DNA from: Anthoceros angustus
Taxonomy: Eukaryota; Plantae; Anthocerotophyta
Assembly (NCBI GenBank): GCA_010909165.1
Contig: MU008155.1
Span: 1,426,001-1,490,000, forward strand
Length of the DNA stretch: 64,000 nt
Direction of reading: 5' to 3'
Shown here in pieces: positions 36,901 through 50,875 of this stretch; within the stretch, counting starts at the first letter, position 1; each line of letters begins with the position of its first letter. Position numbers and translations under genes: made by a program. The notes under the pieces were generated by a model, which ran no database searches, was not told the DNA's origin, and worked only from the letters and a program-made list of their open reading frames with translations.

Positions 36901-39900
36901 ATGAGTGTCTTCGTATCTTCTATGATCGTCTTATCAATGACCATGATAGAGACTGGTTCTGCAATCTTGTGGCTGAGGTTATGGAGAAGTATTTTAAGGA
37001 GAGATTTGGCAAAGTCTTCACTAGCTTCCTAAGCTCCGAAGTTAAGAAAGGGGATCAAAGTCCAACCAACCTAAAATATCTAATGGCTGGCGACTTCATG
37101 ATCCCTGGGGCGGAGCCCGCAATTGTGTGTCATCTTACTTTCTTGTCCCGTTGGTATACTTGAATTGTTGTGCCCTTGATAGCAACCTCTGTCAGAAAAG
37201 TTTGCTGCAACATACATGGAACTCGTGCATTACGTATTTACTGGAAATGACCAACGATAAGACTTGTGTCTTGCAGTATGATGAAGTTACCGATGAAGAG
37301 GCACTCATGAAAGCTATGCAAGGTTACCTCGAGGACTACAACATGGTTAATACACAACAGATGAACTTGGTGCTCTTCCAATTTGCTATTCAACATATTT
37401 CACGAATTTGCCGAGTTATTAAACAACCTGGAGGAAATGTTCTTATGGTTGGCGTGGGAGGCAGTGGGAGACAGAGTTTGGCACGGCTGGCAGCCTTTAT
37501 AGAAAATTTCGATGTCTACCAGGTGTACATCTCTCAAGTGGCAGCTGAGGGTGACAGTAGAAAGTAACAGTTGATGTGAATTTGAGCAGCGCTAAACTTT
37601 GAATCTCTCATGATCTTTTCGGCAGGTGGAGATGTCAAAGAATTTCGGGATGGCTGAATGGAGAGAGTCACTTGGAATCATGCTCCGAAAAGCTGGAGAA
37701 CAGGATAAGCCAACAATGTTCTTGTTCTTAGACACCCAAATCAAAGTGGAAGGTTTTGTGGAGGATATCAACTCTCTTCTGAATACAGGAGAGGTAACCA
37801 AATGGCACATCCTGTTTTAGTCAACCTTGGCCGTTTCTGGACTCTTCTGCATGTGTGAACCAAGTTGGGTTGGTACAGCTGACTTATTGCCCAGACAGCT
37901 GTCTCCAGAGTTAGACTAAGGAATGTGGGAGACAGCCAAAACATATGTGCCTGATTTCATGAGATTTCTCTCAGTCTATTTGATACTGCAGGTCCCAAAT
38001 CTATATGATGGTGGAGATATTGGAGCAATTTGTGAAAACATTCGTCCAAGAGCGAAAAGGGCAAAAAGAGATGGAGGTCGTCCAGAGTTGATGGCGTTTT
38101 TTGTGGAAGAATGTACAAAAAACATGCGGATAGCACTGGTGAAAAACAAACCTTGTACTATCTGGCCTGAAAGATGTGCTGTTTAGATTCTTTGGTTATA
38201 CTGCTGTCCATGCTCCAGCTTAGATATTCTCTTATGCAGGCCTTTAGCCCAATCGGTGGTGCCTTTAGGGAACGTCTTCGAAAGTTTCCCTCTCTAGTGA
38301 ACTGTTGCACAATTGATTGGTTCACAGCGTGGCCGGTGGAGGTACTGTTTGCCCTCTGTACACGCTAGACAGGAAAGAAGCCAAAGAATGGCAATTTTGA
38401 ATGTAGAGGAGACATATATTTGTATATCTATTGGTAGGAAAAGTACAGAGTCCTGCCCCTTTGTAAGTATTGGAAGAGACGCTCAATGGAGTCATAAGAA
38501 AAGGTATTTTGTAGTACCTGAAGATAACAGCACGTCTTTGGCCTTGGTTTTGCTAGGCGTTAAGGTCTGTAGCAGTTCGGTTCTTGGCGGACATAAATGT
38601 GGAAAGGAAGTACATCCCCGACATTGTTGATATTAGCGTATTTTTCCACACGTCTGTTCAGGTAAGTGCAACTTGTGAAAATTCAGGTGCAAGTTTTAAT
38701 GTTTTTGGACTTCTTGACTCCCCTCTTCATCAACCTCCTTAACTTTTCCATCTCAATGCCGTTGCACCTTCAGGACTTGGCTTCGACCTATTTCACTGTA
38801 CTGAAACGACGATGCTATGTTACCCCAACAAGCTTCCTGGAGCTTATATCCTTATTCAAAACTCTCCTTTCTCAGAAGCAACAGGAGGTGAAGGGGTTTA
38901 AGAAAAGGTGGTTCTACTTCTGACTGTCCATATGGCTACCAAAACCAGCGCAAGCTGTAAGATAGATAGCCCTAAGAGCCAGGCAGCGGATATGGGTGTA
39001 CTGGAAAAGGATGAATTTGTGGTTTTGTGTGGTATAGCTGTGGGTGGAAAATTTGCAAAGAGCAACTGGGTTCACCACTTCATTGTAGGTCCAATGAAGT
39101 ATTGTAAGTTGCCCCGAGATCCTTGAATTCGTCGCTGCTGCTATTGGGTTGATCGTGGATTGTTATCAGGTATGAAATGGGATTGCTTAAGCTGGAGAGC
39201 TCAGCTAAGGATGTCAACATCATGAAGGCCAACTTGGATGAGCTGCAACCCAAGCTTGTGCAGTCAACAAATGAAGTCAACGAACTCCTGAAAGTAACTC
39301 AAAACTTTTTCTCCACTTGCCCCATTTTGCGTGGTTTACTTTTGTGTACCGAAGTCTCGTTTGAATTTCATATTCCATGCCCCAACGTTGGTGCTCTTGC
39401 TCGTCAGGTCATTGACAGAGAAGCAGCTGAGGCGAGCAAGGTGAAAGCAGTCGTTTTGGTAGAAGAAGCTGCTGCAAACATCAAGGCTGCTGCAGCCAAA
39501 GTAATGAAAGAGGATACAGAGGCAGAACTTGCTTTGGTCATGCCTATCCTTGAAGCTGCACTGGCGGTAAGCTGACCCTGGTCTGAGGGTTTTTGGGAGG
39601 TCTCAGGAGCATATTACGGGTCACTCATGCGGCTGGAAATTGCAATGACAAATTTCAGGCACTCGATACACTCACGAAAAATGATATATCAGAGCTGAAG
39701 GGAATGAAGAGTCCCCCAGCTCCCATCAGGCTTGTGATGGAAGCTGTTTGCATCATGAGAGGCATCAAAGCAACAAGGATGAAGGATCAAACATCCGGAA
39801 GAGTGAGAACCATTGCCGAGTTGGGTCGAGGGTTGAGGGTGCAAGTGCTAACTGGCTTGATAAGCTTTGTATTTCGTTTAGTATCTTGTAGTAGCTTGGT

Positions 39901-42900
39901 AGCTTTCAAGCCAGGCAGGATCTTTGGTTTGCGAATGCATTAATAAGTATCATGGTGTTGAAATGAGTACAGATGGTTGATGATTTTTGGGAAAGCAGCA
40001 AAAAGATGTTAGCAGATTCTGACTTTCTTAAGAGCTTAAGGGAGTTTGATAAGGACAACATTCCGCCAGCCACAATCATCAAGATCCGCCCGTCAGAACC
40101 AACTCTGATCTCTTTGGAGAAATTTTGAGCTGACTACTGAAAACTCGCTTTTGAGCACATCTCCCTTCCTTCCACTGTAGGTACCTTGCAAATCCGGACA
40201 TGGATCCTCATAAGATACAGGTGGTTTCCAAGGCCGCATATGGGCTCTGTTGCTGGCTGGGAGCTATGGAAGCATATGATAAAGCTGCAAAAATTGTTGC
40301 TCCGAAGCAACAAGCTCTGAAAGTTGCTGAGGCTGAGTACAAAGAAGTAATGGATAATCTTGCAATCAAGCAAGCAGCTCTCAAACAGGTAATGACACTG
40401 CAGAATTCCAGTCAGATGCTAGTCTGAATCAAGGGGAGGCCCACTGAACCAAGATGACTGGAACATATGATATAGGTGGAAGATAAGCTAGCACTACTCG
40501 ATAGCCAGCTGTCCGAGGCAAAAGCCAAGAAAAAAGTTGTGCAAGATGAGGCTGACCTTTGTGCCCTGAAGATAGGACGTGCAATGGAGCTTATGGCAGG
40601 CCTTGGTGGAGAAAAGACTAGGTGGACGCAACAGGCTGAAATGTTTGGCCATACTTACATCAAGCTTACTGGGGATATTCTGTTGTCAGCTGGCATGATT
40701 GCGTACTTGGGGATCTTCACTCCAACATTCAGAGACAGGATTCTTGAGGTTCACTAGAAACTGTGACTGCTTGCTGCTATTTATGCTACTTGCTTTTTAA
40801 GTTTGCACGAAAGCTTGTCTTGGTGCTCACCGTTGCCTTAAGTCCAACCATATTTTACATTCAAATGCTACTTTTGACAACCATTCAACGTGCTGCCAAA
40901 GTTTTAATCTCCGTCGTTTGGTACATGATTTCATTCCCCCCCACTGTATTCTAGTTTCTGATGCAATCTGACTCATTTTGCAGACATGGGTGTCTCTTTG
41001 CAAGGAGAGAAAAATCCCTTGTCGAAGTGATTTCTCTCTGTCTGGTGTATTGGCAGAGCCAGTCAAAGTCCGTGCATGGAACATTGCAGGCCTTCCAAAG
41101 GACTTGTCCTCTATTGACAACGGCACAATAGTGTCCAATAGCCGTCGATGGCCAGTCATGATAGACCCACAGGTTCCTCTCTAGACATATCTCATTATGT
41201 ATCCTCGTTTCTGATAGCTGTGCCCTGACTGTAACTTCTGGCTGATAGGGTCAAGCAAATAAGTGGATTAAGAAGATGGAGGCAGATAATGGCCTTGTTG
41301 TGACGAAGCTTAATGATAATGACTTCTTGCGAAAACTTGAAAACTCAATTCAGGTCTGGCTTTTTAAGTTCTTTCAAGTGTGATACCCATATGTGCTGAT
41401 TCGTTAGATCATGTGCGGAACTATATCAACTTTACGGGAATGCTCATTAAGTAAGTGAACCTGGCAGTTTGGCAAACCAGTGTTGGTGGAAAATATCAGT
41501 GATGAATTGGATCCAGCGTTGGATCCAATACTTCTGAGATCAACCTTCAAGCACAGCGGGAGCATTTGCATTAGGCTTGGCGATAATGTGATAGAATATT
41601 CTCCAAATTTCAAGATCTACTTCACCACAAAGCTTCGAAACCCTCACTATAGTCCAGAGGTTTCTGCCAAGGTGATCACTTTATTTTTTAGTCTATTTCC
41701 CTTCGTGGTCAGTTTAACTAGTTCTCTGATTTAGGACGTGAGTACTTGGCTGTCCTCAATCAGGTTACCCTATTGAACTTCATGATAACGACAGAAGGAC
41801 TGGTGGATCAGCTCCTTGGTATCGTTGTTGCTAAAGAAAGGCCAGATCTGGAGGAAGCAAAAAATCTTCTCATCCTTCAGGGTGCCAATAACAAGAGACA
41901 GCTGAAGGAAATCGAGGATGAAACTCTGGAAGTCCTTTCACGAGAAGGGAACATCCTTGATGATGAAGCTGGCATTCAGGCAGGAAGACGACTTTCCTGT
42001 GAACTGAAATGTCGTTCAGCCATGGCATTTACTTTCAACGCTTTGGATGGCCTCTCATACTAATGTTCTGTTTCTCCTTTTCAAGGTTTTATCGCAATCC
42101 AAAGTTTTGGCTCAGGAGATATCAGAGAAGCAAAAGATTGCTGAAGAAACAGAACTGAAAATTGATGAGACTCGTGGAGGATACAAGCCTGTGGCCGACC
42201 TCTCCGCTATCCTTTTTTTCTGTGTTTCAGGTGATCTGTCTCTCGCTCCTCAATGGGCATCCTCAATTCTGTTCTGTGCACCTTCCCAAATACCAGCCCT
42301 TTGTCTGTGCCTAGCAAAAGATCCGTTTTGCAGAAGTATTTTTAATCAGTGAGCACGTCTCAGTCTCTGATTTCCATCTTCTTTTCTGAAATTATTTTTG
42401 TGGTGCAGACATGGCAAACATTGAGCCCATGTATCAATATTCATTGCCATGGTTCATAGACCTGTTTGCGTTCTCAATAAAGAACAGTGAGAAGTCTGTT
42501 GATTTGGCAGTTCGTATGCAAAATTTGAACAGTCACTTCACGTACTCTATCTACTGCAATGTTTGTCGCTCACTCTTTGAAAAGGACAAGATTCTGTTTG
42601 TATTCTTGATGGCTGTCAAAATACAAGGGGGCTCCGGAAAGATGGACATGGATGAGGTACGTGCTGCCCGAAAGTCCTGGCTTGGATGTACTTACGTTCC
42701 TTAAGTTCCTTCGTGAGAAAGAACTTCTGCTTGTACAGGTTAGGTTCCTTATGACGGGAGGCATCTCTCTGGAGAAACAACCCGATAAACCAGGAGGAGC
42801 TAGTATGTCCTGGCTGAGTGAAAAGTCCTGGTTGGAATTTGACCGGCTTGGCAAGGTGACCTCCTTGTGTCTGTTGCTTTCTTCCGAAAACGTGAGGAGT

Positions 42901-45814
42901 ACATAGCTAACAATTTGTGCTCTTTTTCAGAAAGAAGCGTTTAAGGACATCCAACTTAGTCTGACAGAGATAACTGACAAATGGCGCGCTATTTATGACA
43001 GCCCAACACCTTATGTATATACTCTCCCCACCTAAATCCATTTCATCATAAAATGTGGTAAGTGCACTTGCACTGGGAGAGTAGCTGACTCCTACCGAGT
43101 GGTGACGCAGGCAGAACCACTCCCCATGCCTTGGAACGAGAAGCTGAATACCTTTCAGAAAGTTCTTGTTCTTCGTTGCTTGAGACCAGATAAGGCATGT
43201 TTAGTGGTTGCCTCTTTAAAGTTACCATCTGCGAAATTGAGTCTGTTTCCCTGGATCATACTGCCAAACAGTTGTTAGAATGCTTACATCGTACATTTCA
43301 AGATCAGGTGGTGGTTGCTGTCACCAACTATGTGACGGAAACGCTGGGCCAGAAATTTACCGATCCTTTACCATTAAATCTGGAGGCCTGCTTCAATGAC
43401 TCCTCTTCCACCACTCCTCTAGTTTTTGTTCTATCCCCTGGCTCGGATCCCATGTCTGCGCTTCTCAAATTTACAGCCGACAAAGGGCAAAAGATTCAAA
43501 CAGTTTCCCTTGGCCAGGGCCAAGGTCCAGTAGCAATTGGTCTTATGGGAGAAGCAGCAAAGGATGGTTCCTGGGTGGCATTGCAGAATTGCCACTTAGC
43601 AGTTTCTTGGATGACCACTTTTGAGCGGTACTGGGAGGCAGAGCTTACAAAGGAAAAGGTGCACGCACAGTTCCGACTTTGGCTCACTAGTTATCCATCT
43701 GAGGCCTTTCCAGTGTCGGTGCTTCAGAACGCCGTGAAGATGACAAATGAGCCACCCAAAGGGCTCAAGGCGAACATGACTGGCAGTTACCTTATGTTTC
43801 CCATATCTGATCCTGAGTTCTTCGACAAATGTTCCAAGGGACCAGAGTGGAGGCGGATGCTCTTTGCGCTGTGCTTCTTTCATGCATTCGTTCAGGTGGA
43901 GGAGCCCTTCTCTTTCTGTCCCTCTGAAGTCCCAGCTCTGCGTGATAGAATTGCATGGTGCTGAGGTTATGACATGCTGCAGGAACGCCGGAAATTTGGT
44001 CCACTGGGTTGGAATATACCATATGAATTCAACGAATCTGACCTGCGGATAAGTGTTCGGCAGCTGAAGATGTTCATTGAGGAATATCCTGAACAGGTAT
44101 CGATCTCATCTCTATCCATGTGGAATCACTACCCGAAGCTCTAGCGAATGCTGTAGACCTCAGGCAACGAGTTCACTGACCTTCAGCTAGACAACCTGCA
44201 TTATATTCACAAGTTAATGCGGATAGAGGTTGTAAGCTTAATGCTTGTTCACCTAGAACGTTGGCACTCACCTTCAGGAGATTTTTGACATGCAGATCCC
44301 GTACAAATCTCTAAACTATCTGACAGGAGAGTGCAATTATGGTGGTAGAGTGACTGACGACCATGACCGAAGGACTCTAATGACAATCTTGGAAGGCCTG
44401 TACTGTGAAAAGATCCATGATGACACCTACGCATTGTCAGACTCGGGAAATTTTCGTTGTCCTCCTGATGGTACTCTTTGAGAGCTCAATGACTTTGTGA
44501 TCAGCTCTGCCAATATGCATGCATGCTACGTGAGGTTCCAGCATCACTCAAAAGTGTCTATCATGTCCGCAGGTCCCTATGCTAGCTTCCTCGAGTTTAT
44601 CAAAACCCTCCCAGCGCAGCCACGTCCAGAAATCTATGGATTTCATGACAATGCTGACATCACAAAGGACCTCAACGAAGTAAATGCTTTACTAGGGTCC
44701 CTCTTGATTGCTCAGCCTGCAACAGAAGCATCAACAACAGCTGCCAAAGGTGCTCCATCGAGTGAGGATATCATGTTAGGGTTGATTGCGGACAATCTAG
44801 CAAAGATTCCACCTAATTTTGATATAGAGGCTGTACAGAACAAGTACCCTGTCACCTACTATGAGTCAATGAACACCGTCCTTTGTCAGGTGCGTTCTCT
44901 AAGACTGGAAAGACGTACTTGTCGCTGCTTTTTAGTATATCCTTCGTGTTGCCCGACTTTGTTCCTTGGAAGTAAAGTTCCACTTTGGTTGCAGGAACTG
45001 GAAAGGTTCAACAAACTTTTGACCATAATCAGGGTAAGCCTTGGTGAGCTGCATAAAGCAGTGAAGGGCCTGATTGTGATGAGTGCAGACTATGAACAAC
45101 TGGGCCGAAGTCTTCTGGATGGTAAAATTCCCCTCATGTGGGCCGCCAAGTCCTATCCATCGAGGAAGCCCTTAACAAGCTATGTTCTGGACCTCATCGA
45201 AAGAGTGAAGTTTTTCCAAAGCTGGGTGGCGGATGGTCCTCCAGCGATTTACTGGTTGTCCGGTTTTTTCTTCACTCAATCCTTTCTAACAGGTGCCAAA
45301 CAAAATTTTGCTAGAGCCCACCATGTCCCCATTGACATGATCGATTTTGAGTTCCGTGTTATGGAATCGCCCGAGGTAACGTACCGGAATTTCTCCGCAC
45401 AAGAATGCACTGCCGCCTGTTTACTCAAATAGAGCTCAGTTTTGAATTACTAACCGTCTGAAAATGACTGCGCAGACTCAGTGCGTAGAGAAGGCAACAG
45501 ACGGCGTGTATGTCAGAGGCTTATTCCTAGAGGGGGCAAGGTGGGATTATGAAATCCAAGGACTGGCTGAATCCGACATGAAAGTGTTGTACACACGTGC
45601 GCCCGTTTTGTGGCTGGTACCTGGGGAGTTTTCCAAGTTCCCCAAGTACCCTCATTATCTGACTCCCGTCTATAAAACAAGTGATCGGAGGGGTATTCTT
45701 TCTACCACAGGTCACTCCACGAATTTTGTTATGGAGGTGAAATTGCCCACACTGAGGTCTCCAGCTCATTGGGTGAAGAGAGGTGTTGCATTGCTTACAC
45801 AGCTGGATGACTAG
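24906..45814 (+). CDS. Axonemal inner-arm dynein heavy chain (single-headed, DNAH3/7/12-like), dozens of exons
   Basis: Tail motifs [12 protein letters not shown] and [33 protein letters not shown]1 [61 protein letters not shown]2 [42 protein letters not shown]3 [11 protein letters not shown]4 [11 protein letters not shown]. Stalk/MTBD present. C-terminus [30 protein letters not shown]. The 5' exons (24906-25697, 25798-25860, 26030-26088, 26341-26768, 26933-) join in frame by GT-AG rules but are less certain than the motor region. Confidence 0.95.
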
Positions 45815-46138
45815 ATGGTGCACGAATTATTTACCGCCCAGCGTGGTCCATATGTGTACTCATGCCACTTCTGGATGACTGTCACAACACATAAGTGCCT
45901 CCTCTCGCACCTAATTTGAAAACAAGAGTAGCTACAAACGGGAAATGAAAGAGTGTGTTGTAGTAGGTAATGAGGTACGTCAGGACTCGGGACCAAGCAC
46001 AAAAGTCACCTTGCCCCGACTCGTATGCATCTCCAATTCCTGCTGTCCGAGTGTTCCTGGGCCAATAATCGTAAGCCGTGCCGGATACAGAGTTTGCGTT
46101 TGCGATCTCCTGTGATATCCCATTGTATACAACAATCC

Positions 46139-49100
46139 TTAACAGTCAGACCGTCCAGCAAGTTTTGCGTACAGCAGCCCAAGAACTTGGCTCTTAAACT
46201 GAGTAACTGAAGTTAAAGGGATGTTCTGCACTTGCAACACCAGCTGCTCAAGCTCCTCCGGGTGCATCTCGCATCCATTCAACCCTCTCGGTATAGGACC
46301 TTGCGGAGCTAGATCAGGTCGTAGAAAGGGATGTACAAGCAGCTCAGGAATCCTAAGTCGCTTGTGGGGGTCCCAGCATAAGCACCTCTTCATGGCATCC
46401 AGAAGCCAAAAGTTCGATACTGGTGGATAATTAATTCTCTGATTGGGATTCGTGATCTCCTTGATTTTGGCATAGAAACTGAGATGAGAAAACGGGGTCT
46501 GCCCGTACACCATCTGATACAGAATGCAGCCGAGAGACCATATGTCAGAAGCACGACCAACCTTTACCAGTTCTCCATTGTCGGTGACGGTATTGTGCAA
46601 CAGAGCCTCAGGAGACATGTAATTCACTGTCCCCATCTGCAGTCAGCAAAAGTGGCAGCTTATTAGCCCAGGCCCTTAGACACATTCCTGTGCGACAGTC
46701 AAAATGCTGATGGTGCTAACCTGATTATCCCGGACAATGTTGGTTGTATCACTCTGTATCGCTTTCGCGATTCCAAAATCGATGAGCTTCAGCTCACCCT
46801 TAACCATCAGAAAATTGGCAGGCTTTAAATCGGAGTGGACAATGCGCTCATCATGAATAGTCTCAACAGCTTCCAGCACATGCTGCAAGACGAAAAGGCA
46901 GCCACAGGACTCAGCATGTATTTTGAGGGAACTTACACACAATATTATCTTTTGCTTGCTGGCATGTCAGGATCAAGATTACCTGCCAGTAGAGTCGAAG
47001 CCAATTTTCGTCAAGGATTTCCTTGCTCTCTTTGCGCTTCTCAGCCAACATGCCAGCAAGGTCAATCTCGCCATACTCCAGCACCATGTAAATGGTGCCA
47101 TCTTCCTTGATCCTGTCTCCGGTTGAGCCATGTCCATCCAGAACCTTCTTGTTCGTAACCTGTCACAGTTATTACAGAAGCCATTATCTCTAGACAGAAA
47201 AGAAACCGTTGTCCTCTCTACTCATGCTCATATGAAACACCTCCTTTGTATAACTCAGAGAGCTACCTCGTAGTCCACCAGACGGATGATATGGCGTTTA
47301 CCATGCAACCGCTCCAGATACTCAATTTCCTGGTAAAACCCACAAGCTGAGGTATGATCTTTACCCCTCAGATGAATGCGCTTCAGGGCAAAGATTGAGC
47401 AGTCTGCATCAATCACTTTGAACACTTCACTGCTTCCACCACTCCCTATCTTCCCGAGTTTTTGATACCTTTTGTTATTGACAACCACAAAGGCCTCATT
47501 CTCTTGTGCCTTTCTGGGAGGTTGCTGTGCGGCAACAACTTTGCCTTCCGGTTTGTTCAGATTTCTGTCCCTCAAAGGCTGGCGTGTTGAAGCGTTCACA
47601 ACGCCGTGACTGTCTACAGAAGTGTGCCTAGGTTGAGAATTTCCGTTCTCACCAAATGCTTTGTCCCGAAATACCTTGAGCTCTGACGAACTGTGACTGG
47701 ATACTCTGGGTTTCTGCCTGTTTTGAACCCTATGACCTGGAGAGGGGATAAGCTTCTCGCCGTCAGCCGTGACTACAGGGCCAGCCTGAGGGAAAGGTCC
47801 AGCCTGAGGGAAAGGTCCAGCAAATCCACTGGTAGGAACGGTGTTGAGGCCCTCAACGTGCAATTGCCTATTATGCTCTTCACCATTTCCATCCTTATCC
47901 AGTAGTGCTATGGAGCCCAGACTGTGGGAAAGAACGTCCACCTCTGCACAGCCTGCAGCAACGTTCTCCTTGACAGTCCCTTCGGAAGTGTGGTTTGTAG
48001 GTCTGCCAGTTGCTAGGTACTCCTGTGTAGCCCTGGATGTATCCAGCTGTTGACTTTGACGTGCATTTGATAGATTACCATCTTTCATGGGACTTCCACC
48101 AGTCACCCCTTGCTGCTTCCGGAATGACAAAAACCGCTCATGCAAGGCATTCACATTGAACTGCTCAATCTCTTTGACATCAGCCACACTGGTGGGCCTA
48201 TTCACCTCGTCAAGTATGGCGCCCTGATTTAACCAGGAAGAAGTCTCCTTCACAGCTGAGGAACTATTATTCACAACCCATGACATCTGGCTGTGCCCCA
48301 CATCGTCTTTCGGGGCAGGTGAGCTGCAAGTAGGATATCCCTCCTCTGCGCTGGTCAACCCGCTTACAAGCTGAGATGTGTCACCTTGTGAAGGAGGTGA
48401 TTCTGCCTTCCGTTTCCTGAGATCACAAATAGACTCCGTCTCAACAGCTGCACCATTGGAAATCCTCTTCTGGCTCTCCAGGTTCGAAGCCAGTGGAGGA
48501 GAGGAAAATTGGTGATCTTTCGAATGCTCCACTGAGCCATATATGAACGACGGAACCGGTTCTCCAGGAACAGCAGATTCATTCGGGACTTCAGGGTCTC
48601 CACGGGCAACACGTAGAGGCGGACCTGCACAAGCGAGTAACATTAAACACAGTGGTGAAGTAGCTGCTGAGGCTGTCAAGTTGGCTTGCCTTTCTGAAGC
48701 AAGCAGTCCAAGTCACATTGGCACGACACTCGCATTCAGAATGCAGGTTGGGACTCAGACCTAATGGCTTCAACCGCTTTGGAAACTTTCGAGCATGGCT
48801 GGTAATAGTTCCAGAATGAACATTTGCTTCCTCTGTCGGCGAGTCGCTGCACGGCTGGGGCATATCGTGAACTGCATCCTGTGTTTCGCAACTGCTTGAC
48901 GTGTCACTGCCCCCTGTGTTGCTGTTCACTGCATGAGCAGCGGGTGAGGCAACGCTCGCGCCCTGGCTTGACTGGTTGCCGATCTCCGCTACTTGAAGCC
49001 TGCCTTCTCCTGTCTCAACTTCCACAGTGCTAGAGTTGGGAGCACCTTTCCCTCGCACAGGAGTCCCTCCCTTCGTCTTCTCTGCAGAATATATGTCCAG

Positions 49101-49772
49101 GAACTGCCTATGTAGTTCACTGACAGGCATGGCTCGCAGAGTGAGGCCTTTCTTCAGCACCTGCAACGCCTTGGTCCTGTAACCTGCAGAGAGGTGTAAC
49201 CCCGGGTCACAGTCTGAAGACAAGCTAGCAATCTAATTTCCCACAGGCAGAAACGAGCAAAAGAATACCTGCATGCAACTCAAGCTTCGCCCATTCCTTA
49301 AATCGCAGGGCATAGTGATCTCCAATGTTCCTGCTTTCCAGAAATCGAAAAGTCTCAAGAGCATCTTCCACATTCACTTTCCTGCAATGCGGTGGTGCGG
49401 CCGGTCAGAACCATCTCCTCTAACCAACAGGACGACACTTCTATCAGCTCAAATAAGGCTGCCAGTGTGAAGAAGCTTCTACTTCTTCTTCTTCTTGTTC
49501 GTCATAGAAGCTTACATCTGTTGCTTCGCATATCCAATCCAAATCCGCAGGTAGAGCTCGTTGTCCACATTGCCGTCGCAGGAAAGCACTCTCGTCGCTT
49601 GTCGATAGAGTCTCAGCAGGCTTTCATCAGCTCCACCTTGGCAGTGCTCCTCTTCCGCATCAAGCAGGGCGTGCCATTTCTCGACACTCAGAGGGTCCTC
49701 CTGCACTCCGGCCAGCAGTAATTTCTGCTTCACACGCCACTCCACCATGGTTTCGGAATCCATGCGCGCCAT
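46139..49772 (-). CDS. MPS1: MPS1/TTK dual-specificity spindle-checkpoint kinase with N-terminal TPR-like domain, multi-exon (exact 3' end uncertain)
   Basis: Kinase motifs [104 protein letters not shown] are typical of MPS1. Confidence 0.93.
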
Positions 49773-50069
49773 CGCCGTTCCGACCTAGATCTCCCAATTT
49801 CCGCTCTAACTCCGCTGTGCCTGTCCTTCTCCTGGTGTGCCAGTCCTGCACCTAAACGGCACGGAGCCGCAAAACCGTCCTGCCTGCCTACACTGCCATA
49901 CTCTCCGCGCATTCCCTCCACTCCCAGGGTTTTCACATCCTTCGTGCGCAACCGTCTTCCTCATCCTCCTCCGCGACACACGCAGCAGCCATCAGCCGTC
50001 CGCAAATATGTGTCTTCGCCTGGAAACGGGAGTCGACTAGGGAGACGTGGTCAATCGTTTCAAAAAATG

Positions 50070-50080
50070 TGACCGTTGGG
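50070..50080 (-). promoter_or_regulatory. MSA (mitosis-specific activator, MYB3R-binding) element upstream of MPS1
   Basis: The minus strand reads CCCAACGGTCA, a full match to YCYAACGGYYA, ~300 bp upstream of the MPS1 ATG. Extra AACGG cores lie near 49855 and 50025. Confidence 0.55.
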
Positions 50081-50875
50081 AACTGGGGATAAGGGCACAT
50101 TTCCATGTACATATGTACATAAATCCGGGTGGTTCCGGCTTTTGCGGAGTAGAAGTACACCGGTGTTCCAGCATATTCTTTTTATAATTTTATTTTACAA
50201 ATAAATAATTAACCGGATACCGATTCCTCGCAAGTTCTGCAGTTTATAGCTCTAATATGAACCTTGTCGCCTATCGGGATGCACTCCCGAAACTCAATCT
50301 CTTCATAGCTCCCGAAACTCTTGCAAGCTATATTGCTATTACAACATTGCGCTTCAAGGCGATTTACTCTTGGTCTCTTTCGTTTTATTGCGCTCACAAC
50401 GCATCTACCAAGCTCACACCATCGAGCTATTCAAGGCCATCTATTCTTTGTCTCTTTCATTCCAATACGCTCCCAGAGCATCTACCAAGGGCACACCATC
50501 ATGCTATCCTTGGAGTCGTATGTGGCCTCTTTTCTCCTTGTGACTGAAAACCCCAATATAGAGAGCTAAACCTAACATATTAAAACTTTGTACATCATTC
50601 CCGATCAACCAAGAAATCCTGGTCACTTGCACATTGAACTCCTCATCTAGAAGGGGGTTCAAAACATAGGCGAAGTCGCCCGGAAAGCATAGGGCTTCTC
50701 CAATGTTCTAGTGGGGTCAGGTCATAATGAGGGTCATTAACTAGCTTTGTCTAATGTCCTTGAGGTGAAGGGGTTCATGGAAATGCATTCCAAGACTATA
50801 TATACATATGTATAACAGAACTCTTACAGTACATGCGGAACTCCAACGATTACTAGCTAAGATTCCGACAGCTGT

